Shown here: piece after piece, positions 14,344 through 28,353 of the stretch
Numbering within the stretch: the first letter of the stretch is position 1
How the letters are laid out: each line of letters opens with the position of its first letter
Assembly: GCA_001949185.1 (NCBI GenBank)
Contig: BDGG01000005.1
Coordinates: 1-64,000, forward strand
Source: Ramazzottius varieornatus
Lineage: Eukaryota > Animalia > Tardigrada
Direction: 5' to 3'
DNA: 64,000 nt
Position numbers and translations under genes: made by a program
Notes under the pieces: model-generated
Told to the model about the DNA's origin: nothing
Database searches by the model: none
Seen by the model: the letters and a program-made list of their open reading frames with translations, nothing else

Positions 14344-15486
14344 ATGATAGTTCTGGAAGACGACCAGTTACCCGAGCTCGCTTCGGAGTTGGCGAATGAC
14401 TTCCCGTCGTCCCTATATGTGAGTGAATTTTCTAGAAATCTGCACGCTATAGTAGTATATACCTCACACGGTAACATTGATCTTGAATCTTCTGCATTCC
14501 AGGTACACAGTCTGGTGATCAAGAAGGCACGCGGAAAGCTTTCATGGCCAGGTATCAGCTTTGTGGTTGACAGGCTTCCGAACTCCACCGTTTGTGTCGC
14601 CCGAACCGATCCCGCCGCTGCCGAAAAAGTACTGTACCGACTGTGAATCCGTGATGGGGCTTTCACTTTGAATCGTACTAAGTATGTGCATCGTACTGAA
14701 GTTCTTGGCTTCACAGGGTTACCCTCCTTTCATAAATGGCTACGCTGTTTTCATCTATTCACGCGACAACGAGAAACTACGAGCGCTGTTGGACGAGCCG
14801 GCGCTGATCGACTGGAGCCAACGTGTGGGGTTCATCTGCATCCGCAAACCCGATGTTTCGAAGGTCGTGTACGACAAAATAGGCGCTATGGGCGGAACAA
14901 AAGCCAACTCTGAGGCGGATTTTTACGTGGACAGGGCGATGCTCGTTGGGTTCGACCTGACCAAGCTGCATCTCAAGTAAGGCTCTAGGGTCTGGCTTGT
15001 CGTCAGGTTGTTTTCTTCCCGACCGTGACATCCGTTGGCTGTTGCAGATATGAACTTCCGGAAGGACTTAGGTTGGGGAAGTTGAGCGTCGAGCACGCAC
15101 AACAGCTGTGCGAAGAGAAGAGATACGGTTACCTTCCTAATAACCATCTGTACTTCCGGTACGAGATCGAACACTTTCCGCATCGCGCCATCTTTGATGC
15201 CGACGGCAAACCCGTAGCCTACATTCTGTACCGGCCGGATGGCTGTCTGGGCGCCGGCTACGTGAACCCGGAACACCGCGGGAAAGGTCTGTTCAAGATT
15301 GTCTGCTACGAAGTGCTGAAGGAACTCCGAGACATGGGAGAAACTCATGGCTTTAGTGACATCACAACGGGAAACGTGGCTTCGTTGAAGGCCCACCTCG
15401 CTATCGGAGCCTGTGTTTATGAAAATTTCGAATGTGCTTTCATCGAATACGTTCCCAAAGTTGATAAATTGTACAATTATAAATAG
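14344..15486 (+). CDS. GNAT-family (glycine N-acyltransferase/FR47-like) acyltransferase, 4 exons
   Basis: Acetyl-CoA-binding motif A GAGYVNPEHRGKGL and NVASLKAHLAIG. Three canonical introns link ORFs 14344, 14684 and 15025. Confidence 0.8.
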
Positions 15487-15582
15487 TAGTTGTACAGTCA
15501 GTGTGATCGTTTGTGCTCGAAGTATGTACACGATTGTGACACTACGAAAACGACATACATTTAGGAAATTGTCGCGAGTTCT

Positions 15583-18063
15583 TCAGAGCGGGTTAACCTG
15601 GGTCTCTGTGTCTTGGATAGGTAAGTTCTGATTTTCTAACAGGTCTTCGTCTGCTTCCATGACCGTTTCGTAAGGTGGAAGGATCGCCTTGCCACCCTGG
15701 TCGAAGGCCCGTGGGGTCTCCGCTGTCTTCTGAGCAAGTTCTGGGCTTGCTTGGCGTAGACGAAACAAAGATTCGTCGTCGGCTTTTTTCGGCCGGCGTC
15801 GAAGGTTGACCGATACGAGCTTGTCAGGCATGATCATTACAATGAAAGCGATCCCCAGGATGACTGTTCCGATGATCTGGAACGTCGAGATGGGAAGATC
15901 TCGGCCCCACGAGTCGACACCTACGAAGACGCCGCGGATTACTGACTGAAGGAATAGTTATATGGACGGCGGAAGTTGTCAGCGAACCGGTGTTGATTGT
16001 TAGGACGAGAAGGTCGCTGAGGCCCATGAAGAAACCGCTTGATATGGTTAGGCCGTAACCATACACAAGGGCGCTAACTGAAATGAGCGCAGGAAGTTAG
16101 CCAGACGAAAGTAACGACAACGATGGACAGAGCTTGTCCGGTTAGGGAATGGGGTCTTACAGCCGGTGCAAGACCAGGACACTATCAGCAGCGGAAACGG
16201 TATGTCAGACCAAGTCCAGTGTTCGACGCCGGTTACTTTGAGGATGATAGGAATTGGGAGATAAACTAGCGCGGTAAGTAAGTATACGCCCGACACCGCA
16301 AATGAAATCTGTCCTAAATCGCCTTTAGGAAAGGTTTTCTTGAACAACAGCTGCAAAATAAGACATTAGCAATAGATCAGCATATCGCAGCTTGAAAATG
16401 AACAGTTATGGCGGGAAAAAAAAACATTAACTTGGAAAGTGCTACGTACTCTACCTGATAACTTGATAGTGAGATATCGCTGACAAACATCATGGTAACG
16501 CCCAGTATCGTGCCTCCCGTCGGTTCGAACTGCAGTGCGTCATAAGAAACGAGAGCGACCCCGCCAAATGAGATGAACACAAAAAGGATCTGTGAAGTTA
16601 CTGTAAGTTATAATGACAGGTAAACTGGTAAATTAGACCCGGACGGCATAGCGCTGTCACAGTGCAACATCCCTTCGGGGTAGTCCTGTAATATCCAGTA
16701 CTGTAGTGCTCGCAGTTTATCGCGCACTCAACCACGTGAACAGTAAATAACGCCCGATCGGGGATTTTAGACGTTGTACTGCTTAATCAACAATCAATGA
16801 TTGGCCATCGGTTAAGACAAGTGTTATTCTGAAAAGTCAACTCAAATTGCTCATTTCCATCTGGAGCGTTTCCGGTATCTGCTCACTTTTCTCCGGTCCT
16901 CGCTTGCCCGGAATCTTTGCTTTGTGGAGCAAAAACATGAGGTTCCGTGAAGCTTATCAGCTGCTTATGGAACAGGTATCATTCGACTCACCACCAGCTG
17001 CGCATGGCTGATTCCGGAATTCCTGTAAGCTTCGCATGCTTTCTCCTCGATAATCCGCTCTCTTCATAGTTCCTCGAAGCTTTCTCCGCATCCTCATCGG
17101 CATAAATATACGGGTCCTAGCCATGACAATGTTTTCTACCTTCGGATCCAGTGAAAGAAACTGGAATTTGGACCGGATCGTTTTTCAAAATAACTGACGA
17201 CCCAATAAAGTCAATCAACTCACACCCTTCTGGCAACAGCTGATCTTGCCGGGCAAACCTGACTAATCACGTGGTTGAGTGCGCGATAAACTGCGAGCAC
17301 TACAGTATTTAACTATGGCTTTACTAACCTTAATAATAGATAGGGGATGTTTCAAGAACCACCATGTCATCAGGTAGGAGGTCGCCACAGCTGGAGTTGC
17401 AAGTGCCGAAGCGAGTGACGTCGTCAGGTTAGCTAACCCCAATGCGTATGAGACTTGGAGGATGATTGTCGTGACAATGGTTGGTGCAAACTTGATGAAG
17501 AGGATCTTCCATGTAATCTTCGGTCCGAGAACTAATGCACACCGCCTGCAAGCATATTGACCATAGCCATAATATTATATCACAGATTTTGAGTTCCACA
17601 TGAAGGATGAGAAGTCGTCACCTCCACGTCCGCCCCAGGTCCAGTTTCCTTCCGCGTATCAGCTTGATCGTAGTGTTGATCGTTATGTAAACCGGAAACG
17701 CCGCACCGCGGAAAAGGGTCTTGAAGAAGACAAATAGGAAGGGAGCGTGGAACTCTGTCGTCGTGCTGAGAAACGCGATGTTGGCCGTTTGTCCAGCTAC
17801 AACGGTCATGACCACATGAATCATGAGGAGGGTAACGGAAAGGAGCCATATCCAATTAGTCCGAGGTCGCACCGGAAGCACCACTGGTTCAATTCTATCC
17901 GTCAGTTTGCTTGCTCTGCCTGAAAGAACAACGCAAAGACCACCATCCGGGTGTCAGCCTACAGACTTCAGTACGTACATAATTATAACCACAGTTTCAA
18001 GTCAGGGAAATTACGTTGAACCAGTCCATCCACTTTTCCATCAGTCTCCGACTTCTTCTCCAT
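15583..18063 (-). CDS. SLC35F3/F4-like EamA/DMT-superfamily membrane transporter
   Basis: Multiple TM segments: FHAPFLFVFFKT, FISFGGVALVSY, LLFKKTFPKGDL, GLSDLLVLTIN, IIGTVILGIAFIVMIMP. ATG at 18063; consistent GT-AG exon chain. Confidence 0.75.
16701..17305. mobile_element. Non-autonomous TA-flanked DNA transposon (605 bp) in an SLC35F intron
   Basis: Perfect 39-bp TIRs CTGTAGTGCTCGCAGTTTATCGCGCACTCAACCACGTGA (16701-16739 / 17267-17305) with TA on both sides. Internal HTH-like relic on the minus strand. Confidence 0.92.
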
Positions 18064-18445
18064 GATCGCTTGATTGGGCACCAGTCTTAAGAGACCGTCA
18101 GGAGCTTTTGGTTGTTTGCAGAATTCTCGGAGCGCACGGGTATACCGTGCGCGGCGCGCATCTTCCTTCGGAACAACTCGAGCGGATTAAGCAAAGCTAC
18201 TGTTGTAGGTTTACTACCTGTTGCAAATTTGCCAAAACAAGACACCGGTAATCTCAGTTCGCAAGCGACGAAAGCCGTTGAGAATGCCTAAAGTGGATAA
18301 AACACGAGCCATCAAGACAGCATCGTGACAAATGACTGATATGACATTGTGTAAGTCGCGACCCGCCGGATAACGGCAAAACCTGGGCATTTCGATAACC
18401 GCTATAAACGAGCATAGACAACTATAGGGGGAAGGCCAGGCGATT

Positions 18446-20470
18446 TTAGTGTGACACTGTAGAGGACGCGGGTCGCTTTTTCGATTTTCCCGGAAGAATT
18501 CCCATGTACTTCGAGATGATCTGCAGCATGATTTCGTCGGTTCCTCCGGCGATGCTAAGCACTCTGGTGTCCCTGAAGAACCGGCTGACGAGAACTTCTT
18601 CCGTGAAGCCCATCCCTCCCCAGAATTGTAAGCACTTGTCAGCTACGACACGGCTCAACCTCCCGGCTTTCAGCTTGCACATGCTAGCGAACAACGTGAC
18701 GTTCTCTCCTTGAAGATAGTTGTCTGAAAAATTTACAGGGCACTCTTATCTCATGGAAATACCTGTGTAAGATTATCCCATCTCAAGTACACTGTATACT
18801 GTGCTTACAAACTGAACGATACACAAGCGCTCGTAGCGCCTCCACTTCCGTCTGTAGTTCAGCCAGTGTGAAATGGATAATCTGATTATTTATGACGGGA
18901 GAACCAAAAGCGGTTCTTTCTGAGCAGTATTTAGCAGTTTCTTTGATGATGCGATCCATTGCAACAAGAGCTGCAAAAGGGAATCTCTCAAAGTAACGCC
19001 CCTCTGGGGCTTTTGTTATCGAGAACATAACAATACGAACGAGGTCTTACAATACCTGATGCAGCACTCCATAACCGTTCTTCCTGAAACTGTTCCATCT
19101 GATACACAAACCCCATTCCGGGCTCTCCAATTAGGTGCTTCTGTGGTACTCTGACGTCCTCGAAGAAAATTTGAGCGGTATCCGAAGACCGGTTTCCTAG
19201 CTTGAGAATCTTTTTGGCGACGGTTACTCCTAGTAGAAAAGCAGCAGCTAAAGATTCGCGGAAGCAACACGATGAATATCGCGTGTGCGTACGAACTGCA
19301 GGGCCTACCTTTAGTCTTCATCGGAACGAGGATGAGTGACTTGTTTAGGTGCTTCGGTTTGTCCTGTTCGGTGTTGCAGAACAAACAAATCCAGTCTGCC
19401 TGCGCGCCATTCGTTATCCACATCTTGTGCCCGTTGATGACAAAATCGTCGCCATTCCGCACTGCGGTAGTTTTTGTACCTAAAAAACCAAGAGCTGTTG
19501 AGAGACAGATGTGGTACAAAAGGGCGATGAAAGCTTACTTGCAACATCAGACCCCGCTTCCACCTGGAAAAGACATGGCGAACCGTCACGACGAACCCAC
19601 ACAAGGAACCATGGCTGACATGCGAACCTTACCTCGCTGACGCCGACACAAGCCACCATGTCTCCTTTGATGGCCGGCTCCAGGAATGCTTTTTTTAGTT
19701 CATGGGTTCCATACATGTTAAATCAACACAGACTATTTCTCATTTATTACTGATGATGCGCACTCTTTCTGCGGTTAGGATAAAGTTATGGGTAAACGGA
19801 CATGCACAATTTTGGCAATGGAATTGCACAAACATACTGGATGATTACTCTACTTGCTAAATGCAGGTGTAGCCATATCCGTGTGAACTCCGAATGCGCT
19901 CGTCACACCTCCGGCATCAATACTTCCCAGTTCTTCTGCGAACGCCATATTGTAAGAGAAATCCAGATCCATGCCGCCGTATTCTGAAAAACCAGATGGA
20001 GAGGTTACTTTAGAGAACTTCCGGTCGTTGATGAATGTCTAAAGCATGTCAGTTCATATACCAGAGGGTCGATTCAGGCCTAGCAGACCAGCATCTCCGA
20101 ACTTCTTGAACACCTTATGCGCTGGAAACTGACCATCCGCTTCCCATTGATCCACAAATGGATTGACTTCCGTATCAATGAGCTGCAATGACACCATCAA
20201 TTAGATAATGGTTCTGTTGACCAGGTATACGCTGGAGAGCGACCGGAAGTAACAACAGTTGCTCACAGCGGATACCTTCTTGGCCAAGTTGCGAATCTCG
20301 TAATGCTGATCCGTGAAGATTCCATCAGTCTTGCTTTCCACGGAAATTCCGTGAGCCATTCGGGCCGAGCAAGCCTTCAGGTTGTGGAACAACGGAGTTA
20401 GCAGTTGTCGTACAGCGTGGATTCCGTTGCGCGAGGCCATCTTCGACGATACGATGCTGACGTTGGACAT
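18446..20470 (-). CDS. Mitochondrial acyl-CoA dehydrogenase (LCAD/acdh-6/citronellyl-CoA dehydrogenase-like)
   Basis: Motifs GVSEVEAGSDV, INGHKMWITNG, FQEERL (LCAD/IVD-type catalytic Glu position), QFWGGMGF and SIAGGTDEI. Arg/Ser-rich N-terminal presequence. One acceptor is non-canonical (see findings). Confidence 0.92.
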
Positions 20471-21015
20471 GAATGACCGGTCGAATCGATTTCCTCCACA
20501 TGTACTGGCGACTCTGTAGGCTTCGGGTTCCGACTTACCAAGATCTCAGCAAGGACACTCGGGGGAACTGTGAAGAAAACGATGAAACGAAACACTGGCG
20601 TCACATTCATGACATGACACGCACTTCCCTAGATGACATGACAAAGCGACACAAACACACACTCACACACATTTCACCACGTCAACATACTCATTACTCA
20701 GCACGCTTCCAGATAGGCAGGCAATGATTATTATAATTTTCTTCGACGAATCTTCGTCCTTCTCTTCAAGAGTTCAGGTCACTTTCTACGTGTATTGATC
20801 TAGCTCTGCAGAAAGAGAAAAAGTCGGCGGAGTGCGGATCAGTGAAGAGCGCATATTGGAGCGAGATCCTGGCTCGTATTCTGTTATTTGGACTTCGGAC
20901 AAGCACATCGCATGGAACGCTGACGAAAAGGTATGACAGTACATTGGCTTATCGATTTATAACTCTAACCTGATCATGTTTTAGAGCTAGACGTCTGGAG
21001 AAAGCTTCCGCAGCC

Positions 21016-24000
21016 ATGGACAATACCTGGATGCTGCTGGTCTGCTTCGTAGTACTTGTATCGTGCTGCAGCTGCGCGGATGATGAGAGAGCCATCAAGC
21101 TCAAACCGGTGACTGCTGCCTTGCACACACAATGGGCGCAAACGCCGCTCATAATGGAAGCAGCTGAATTCTTCTACGATGAGAATCCAGGAATGTTCTG
21201 GAGTTTCGTGGATCGACTGCGGGACGTTATAGGGACTAAGTCGAGGACATGGACGGAGAAGGAGCAGCATGATGTGGCTATATCGATTGGTTTGCAGCTT
21301 CTGTCACCGGTGAAACAAAACTTCCTGACATTCGCCATGGCCCTGAGGTACTATTCTCCACGCATTGAGATGTACCGACAAATACTGCTTAGCGAAGTAA
21401 GCACGCCGAAGGGATGTAAAGACGTGCTGGTCGACTTCGGAGGAGGGTTAGTTTCTTGCGGAGTGAAAGAATTCGCGGATACCTTACAGACTTTCGACGC
21501 TTCAAAGACTTCAGACAGGTTAGTTTAGATTGTACTGTAAATCATACGGAAAGCTTGAGGCACCGTATATCGGTGTTTTGGTCTTTTCAGATGGACCTTT
21601 ATGTGTTTTCATTTGTTTATATTTTTTATTGATACAAGCAAATTTGGCAGATCTGCGTTATGTAGGAAGAATCCGAAAGTCATCTCGGTGGACCATCAGT
21701 ATCCCGGTTCTTCCTCATCAGCCACTACAGTTATGGTTTACGGTAACCTTCTGTCCCCTGTATTCTACCAGGTCCACGAGCTGATAATGTCGGAGAACAC
21801 CGACTTCCGGTTCGTGTTCCGGCATCACCTGGACGCAATTTCATCCTCGCACTACTCCAAGGTCCGCATTCCCGGTTATGGTGTTGAGCTGGCTATTAAA
21901 AGTACTGAATACAAAGCACAAGACGACAGAAAAATCAAAGAAGGAAAAGCCGGAGATCAAGCTAAGCCTGAGGAGGAAGCGGTCGACGACGAACTGGACA
22001 CTGACATTGAAGGATTTGACTTCGGGAAGCTGAAATCTCGGTTTCCCCAAAAGAAAGATCAGCTCGAACAGATGAAATCTTTCTTTCTGCAGAGCACTGG
22101 TACCGAACTGCAGCAGCTCAAAGCATGGCAGTTCCAAGACTTGAGCCTGCAGGCAGCAGAGAGGGCTCTGAAAGTGGCTGCCTTGCACACCGGTAGGTTC
22201 TCCACTTATTTGCGCTCAGGTTGCCAGTAGCTATAAGATGCATCGAATGAAGCTTTTCCTTCTGATACATTTCAAGCCTGCTCGGTTTGAGCATTGCTTA
22301 CGCCAAGCTTTTCGTGATGAATAGGGATAGGGATAAATAGGACAGTTTCTAGTACCTACATACACCGGTCCCTGGGTTCAACATGACACTGTATTGTGCA
22401 GGTGCATGTCGCATGGTTACGTTGGTTCCTCGACGGTCAACCTCCCATTTAATATATCATGTGCATACTAACTTGATGTTTTCTTTTCGTCGAAGGTTCG
22501 GCCACGGATGCTTTGAGGACAGTCCGAGACATCAGTCAGAACTTTCCTTCTCAAGCGCCCACCCTTCTCAGAATTCCAGTCCAAGAGCTTGTCAAGGCTG
22601 AAATCGAACGAAACCGCGAATACTTCGCGCACTACCACAATCTGGAACACGGTTCCGCCGCCCTCTTCATCAACGGTATCCAGTACGACACCGACCTTCT
22701 CGACACCTTCGCCCTCTTCGACAAACTCCGCGAAGAGAACCGTTTGATGGAAAGCCTTCATTCCTTCGGAATTCGCGGGTCGGACCTCTCAGCCGTCCTC
22801 GAACTCGACCTCCGCCCAACAGAAAGTGCCAAATACGGCGTGGACATTCGTCATCCCGCTGTGGTCTGGATTAACGATCTCGAGAAGGACAAACGTTATG
22901 CTGACTGGCCTTCAAGCCCCCGCGAGCTGATTCGACAGTCTTTCCCACCGACACTACTCAAACCTATAAGGAGGAACTTTTATAATTTGATACTTGTAGT
23001 CAATCCGGCCAATGTTTCTGATAGCAGAGATATTTTGAAGCTGACGGAATCGTTCTATGTGCATCGTCTACCGATCCGCATGGGTGTTATCTTCGTGACC
23101 AATTCCGATGCGAAAATCGATGGCACCACTGACGCTTCAGTAGCAATGTAATTTTGAAGAAATATTCGTTTCGAGAGATCTGGTCCTTTTTGGAAGTCTT
23201 TTTCTTACTCTTGTTTTTCATCAGTTTTTGTATAATATTGTTTTTGTTTGCAGATACAATTCATTCAAGCACATCACTGAGCAAAAGAACGGCGCGACGG
23301 CCTTATCCTTTCTGACGGACCTGTACACGAAGGCAGTGAAGGATGGGCAGGTGGTTGCTGATGAAGTTGTAAAGTACTTTAAGCAGAAATACCCTCAGGA
23401 GAATCCGGATGCGATTTTTGGACCAGACTCTGTCTACAATAGTGGCCGGAACGACGGACGACAGTTCATAGAGAAGCTCAACATTGGAGAACCACCGCTG
23501 GTCCTTCTGAACGGTGTGCAGCTGGATAAGTCTAAACTCACCGCTGACGAGTTCGAGAATGAGGTACTGCAAAACCTTGTCGGCGTGTACTCAGGTGAGT
23601 TTTGTAGCCAAAATTCGGAAGTTCTATTGTTCAGATGAGAATGAGAGGTCGAAAACAGAATAATTATTCACTATATCAAGTCATATTTTATCCATCTGCG
23701 TACATCGGTCTGCGGATTTACCATGCGGTTTCTGTATGCGGGTGGCTGAAAGCGGAACAGATTGTGGTTGTTCCATCTTCCAGCCACCTGCATACAGCTG
23801 AAGTTTGCTTCACACTGCACATGTGTCAGTAGTCAGGTGGTTGTAATGTGTGTAGATGTTGTTTACCCATTTGGGTATCCTGTGCAAAAATGTATTAAAT
23901 TCGTATTTTGCAGTGCTTCAGCGAGATGTAATGAGTGGGCAGCTGACCGACCACTCGAACGTCATTGAATACTTGATGGCCAAGCCGCACATCGTTCCTC

Positions 24001-27000
24001 GACTGAATTCCCTCATCCTTGACCCACCCGAGTTCCGTTTCCTCGAATTCGGTGGCAAGAGCCTCGATCCCGAGAAGTACACTTTCTCCTACTTCGAAGC
24101 GTTGAAAGCCGAAGACCGAACAGCCACAATGGTCGCTACGTCCTTCTACCTAGTCAAGCACGAGGAGGAGGAAGCCCACCCAGTCACCATGTGGGTTGTG
24201 GCGGATGCCGAAACGCCTGCCGGTCGAGAACTGATGTACAACATGGTCAAGCACAGCAAGACAAGCAAGAATGTCCGAGTCGCTTTCATCTTTAATCCTT
24301 CCGAAACCGAATCTATAGAGAAAGGCATGCAGTTGACCAAAGCCATACAAGTCGCGCTAGAAACGCAGTCAATGAGTCTAGCCAGAAACTTCATAACGAA
24401 ACTACTGAAAGAAGAGAACGTGGCGGAGATAGCAACGGGTACGAAGATATGGGAGGACTTTGAAGTGAACGGCATGGATATGAAAGCCTTCACTTCCGGT
24501 CTGAAAGAACTTTCGTCAGATTTCCTCAAAATTCATGGTCTGTTCGCACGGGAAGAACTGAATCTTAGCCCTGGCGAGAATGTGCTCATAGCGAATGGGT
24601 ACATTGTGGGACCGGTGAAGAGTGACTTCGGGATGGACGATATAGCACTGCTGGAGAAATACATTGAAAGTTACGGAGCCACGAAGCTCTCTAACGAATT
24701 ACATCGACTCAACATATTCCGAACTGCTGATCAGCTCTCCGATGCTGTCATGATGACTTCAACCCTGTTGAGCGGCCTCGGAAGTCAAGAGGTACACTTT
24801 AAAAGTCTTTTGGATTTTTTGTACTACTAACGTCATAATATTGTGTTTATTCGGAAGCTTCTTTCGATTACCCTTCCGCTATTAGACTTTTCTTGTTTGT
24901 AGGAAGCGAAGAAAAGAACAAAGGTGCAGTACAGTGAAATGGCCCACAGTGTCATCAACATAGAGCAAAGGGACACCGACTCACCGTCTTTCGATATCAC
25001 ATTCATCGTGGATCCAGTTTCTCGAGAAGCCCAGAAGATCATTCCCGTGCTGATGGTCCTCCACGAAGCACTGAACTGCCGAGTACGAGTCTTCTTCAAC
25101 TGCAAGGACAAGCTGTCAGAAATGCCCCTTAAGAGCTTCTACCGTATGGTCCTGGAAGCCAAGCTGACATTCACAGAAAATGGCTCCATCGCACCGAACT
25201 ACGCCCTCGCACGGTTCCCGGCGCTGCCTCAGACGGCATTGCTCACCATGAACCTACAAGCACCGGACAACTGGCTGACCGAAGCGACTTCGGCTGTGTA
25301 TGATCTCGATAACATCAGGTAAGAAAGACGTAGAACAGAGCTTGACGTCACGTGTAACACTGTGACATTGTAGATTGACGGAACTGGTCGATGGTTGGGG
25401 TATTCATGGGGGGTTCGAACTGGTCAATCTTCTGCTAGAAGGCTCGGCCAAAGATGCGGCGACTGACCAGCCACCTCGAGGAACACAGTTCGTTCTGGGG
25501 ACTAGAAATCAGCCAGAATATATGGATACGATCGTCATGGCGAACTTGGGGTACTTCCAGTTGAAAGCTAACCCTGGAGCCTGGATCCTCAAACTTCGCG
25601 AGGTACCATTGCAAGGACAGTATAAGTTTTCTTCGTATCGTCGATGTAACTTTCTTGGGCGTTTTACTCGAAGAGGTCGTTTGGAGATCTTGTGGCGAAC
25701 TAATCGGCATGTTTTGCTTTCAGGGAAGGTCGCACGAAATTTACTCCATCGCCAGTGCGGAAGGTGCTGAGAAAGAAGGTTCCGACGAAGAGCAACAGCG
25801 AGTTGTAATTGGGTCCTTCAATACCAAGATGATGAAGATCTATGTCAAGAAGCGTCCTGGAATGGAACGAGAGGACGTATTGAGTGAGAAGAAGGACGCG
25901 GTCGAAAGCGAAGCTGGGATCTTCAACTCCATATCCAGCTACTGGTCCAAGGACGAACACAAGTCAGCCTCAGCTTCCGATGACGTCATCAACATCTTCT
26001 CCCTCGCCAGTGGTCACTTGTACGAACGCTTTCTACGGATCATGATGCTATCGGTCGTCAAGAACACGAAGACTCCGGTGAAGTTCTGGCTTCTTCGCAA
26101 CTACCTTTCTCCACAGTTCAAAGAGATCATTCCATACATGGCTGAGCATTACGGCTTTGAGTATGAGCTTGTCGAGTATAAGTGGCCGAGGTGGTTGAAC
26201 CAGCAGTCCGAGAAACAGAGAATCATTTGGGGGTACAAGATTCTCTTCTTAGACGTGCTTTTCCCTCTGTCTGTCAAGAAAATCATCTTCGTGGACGCTG
26301 ATCAGATTGTTCGGACTGATCTGAAAGAGCTGAGAGACTTTGACTTGGAAGGGGCTCCCTATGGCTACACTCCGTTCTGTGAAAGTCGACAGGATATGGA
26401 TGGGTTCCGGTTCTGGAAGAATGGTTACTGGGCTAGTCATTTGGGTAACCGGAAGTACCACATTTCGGCGCTCTATGTGGTCGATTTGGCGCGGTTCAGA
26501 AAGATCGCGGCTGGGGACCGATTGAGAGCTCAGTATCAAGGACTCTCGCAAGATCCAAACAGCTTGTCGAATTTGGATCAGGACTTGCCAAACAACATGA
26601 TCTACCAGGTACCCAAACACTTCCAACTTATAGTTTTTGATCTTTGGTTCCTGTGGAAATTTTCTACGATGATTTCGACAAACCGCTCTTATTTTCGTGC
26701 ACCTGAATACGTGGCCTTGAGGTTGTGGGTCTATCGGTGTATGCAGGTTCATGAGGATGGGTCTGTCAGAAACATTAAACAGCGTCTTTTCTCGTTATTC
26801 GTTCCTTGCCTCGTTTTGATATCGTTTTTTCCTAGGTACCGATCAAGTCGCTGCCACAGGAGTGGCTATGGTGCGAAACTTGGTGTGATGAGGCATCGAA
26901 AGCCAAAGCGAAGACAATCGACTTGTGCAACAACCCCTTGACCAAAGAACCCAAGCTAGCAAGTGCCATGAGAATCGTACCGGAATGGAACACTTATGAC

Positions 27001-27180
27001 CAAGAGATAAAGCGCCTGATAGACGAGTTCTACGCCGTAAGACAGCTGACTGGCGAAAACGCAGGTGAACCGGTACTTCGAGAAGCTGTGCCGGAAGACA
27101 CGTTCGGAGGAAACGACGCCGACAACGAAATTCCAGTACATTCCACGGGACATACACACGAACATGGAGACGAACTATGA
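21016..27180 (+). CDS. UGGT: UDP-glucose:glycoprotein glucosyltransferase
   Basis: Signal peptide; [18 protein letters not shown]; GT24 domain [53 protein letters not shown]; C-terminal GDEL ER-retrieval-like signal. Confidence 0.97.
22353..22415. repeat. Dyad family B unit (UGGT intron)
   Basis: TACCTACATAC-N30-TTGTGCAGGTG; aligns with 40573-40635. Confidence 0.6.
23693..23858. repeat. Dyad family B, two tandem units (UGGT intron)
   Basis: CATCTGCGTAC-N30-GTATGCGGGTG, then CACCTGCATAC-N33-GTAGTCAGGTG. Confidence 0.65.
26700..26750. repeat. Dyad family B unit (UGGT intron)
   Basis: CACCTGAATAC-N28-GTATGCAGGTT. Confidence 0.6.
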
Positions 27181-27391
27181 GGAACTTCCGCCCGTCGCAG
27201 CAACTGTTTTTGTTTTATTTATTGATTTCAGTCATTTCTTCTTGTTTGATAACGATGGCTAAGCAGCTGACAAGTCGACATGATAAAGTTTTTTCCCACA
27301 CGTCACTTAGACACCATTGTTCTAGGTCTTTCATCAAACACATGTACTCTAATCAATGACTGCGAAGAATAATAACACAAATGGAAAACAT

Positions 27392-28353
<962 letters not shown>

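Noticed and set aside
14344-20470. GNAT and acyl-CoA dehydrogenase as horizontally acquired bacterial genes
   Set aside because: Both are intron-containing and resemble families present in other animals; HGT cannot be supported without a phylogeny.
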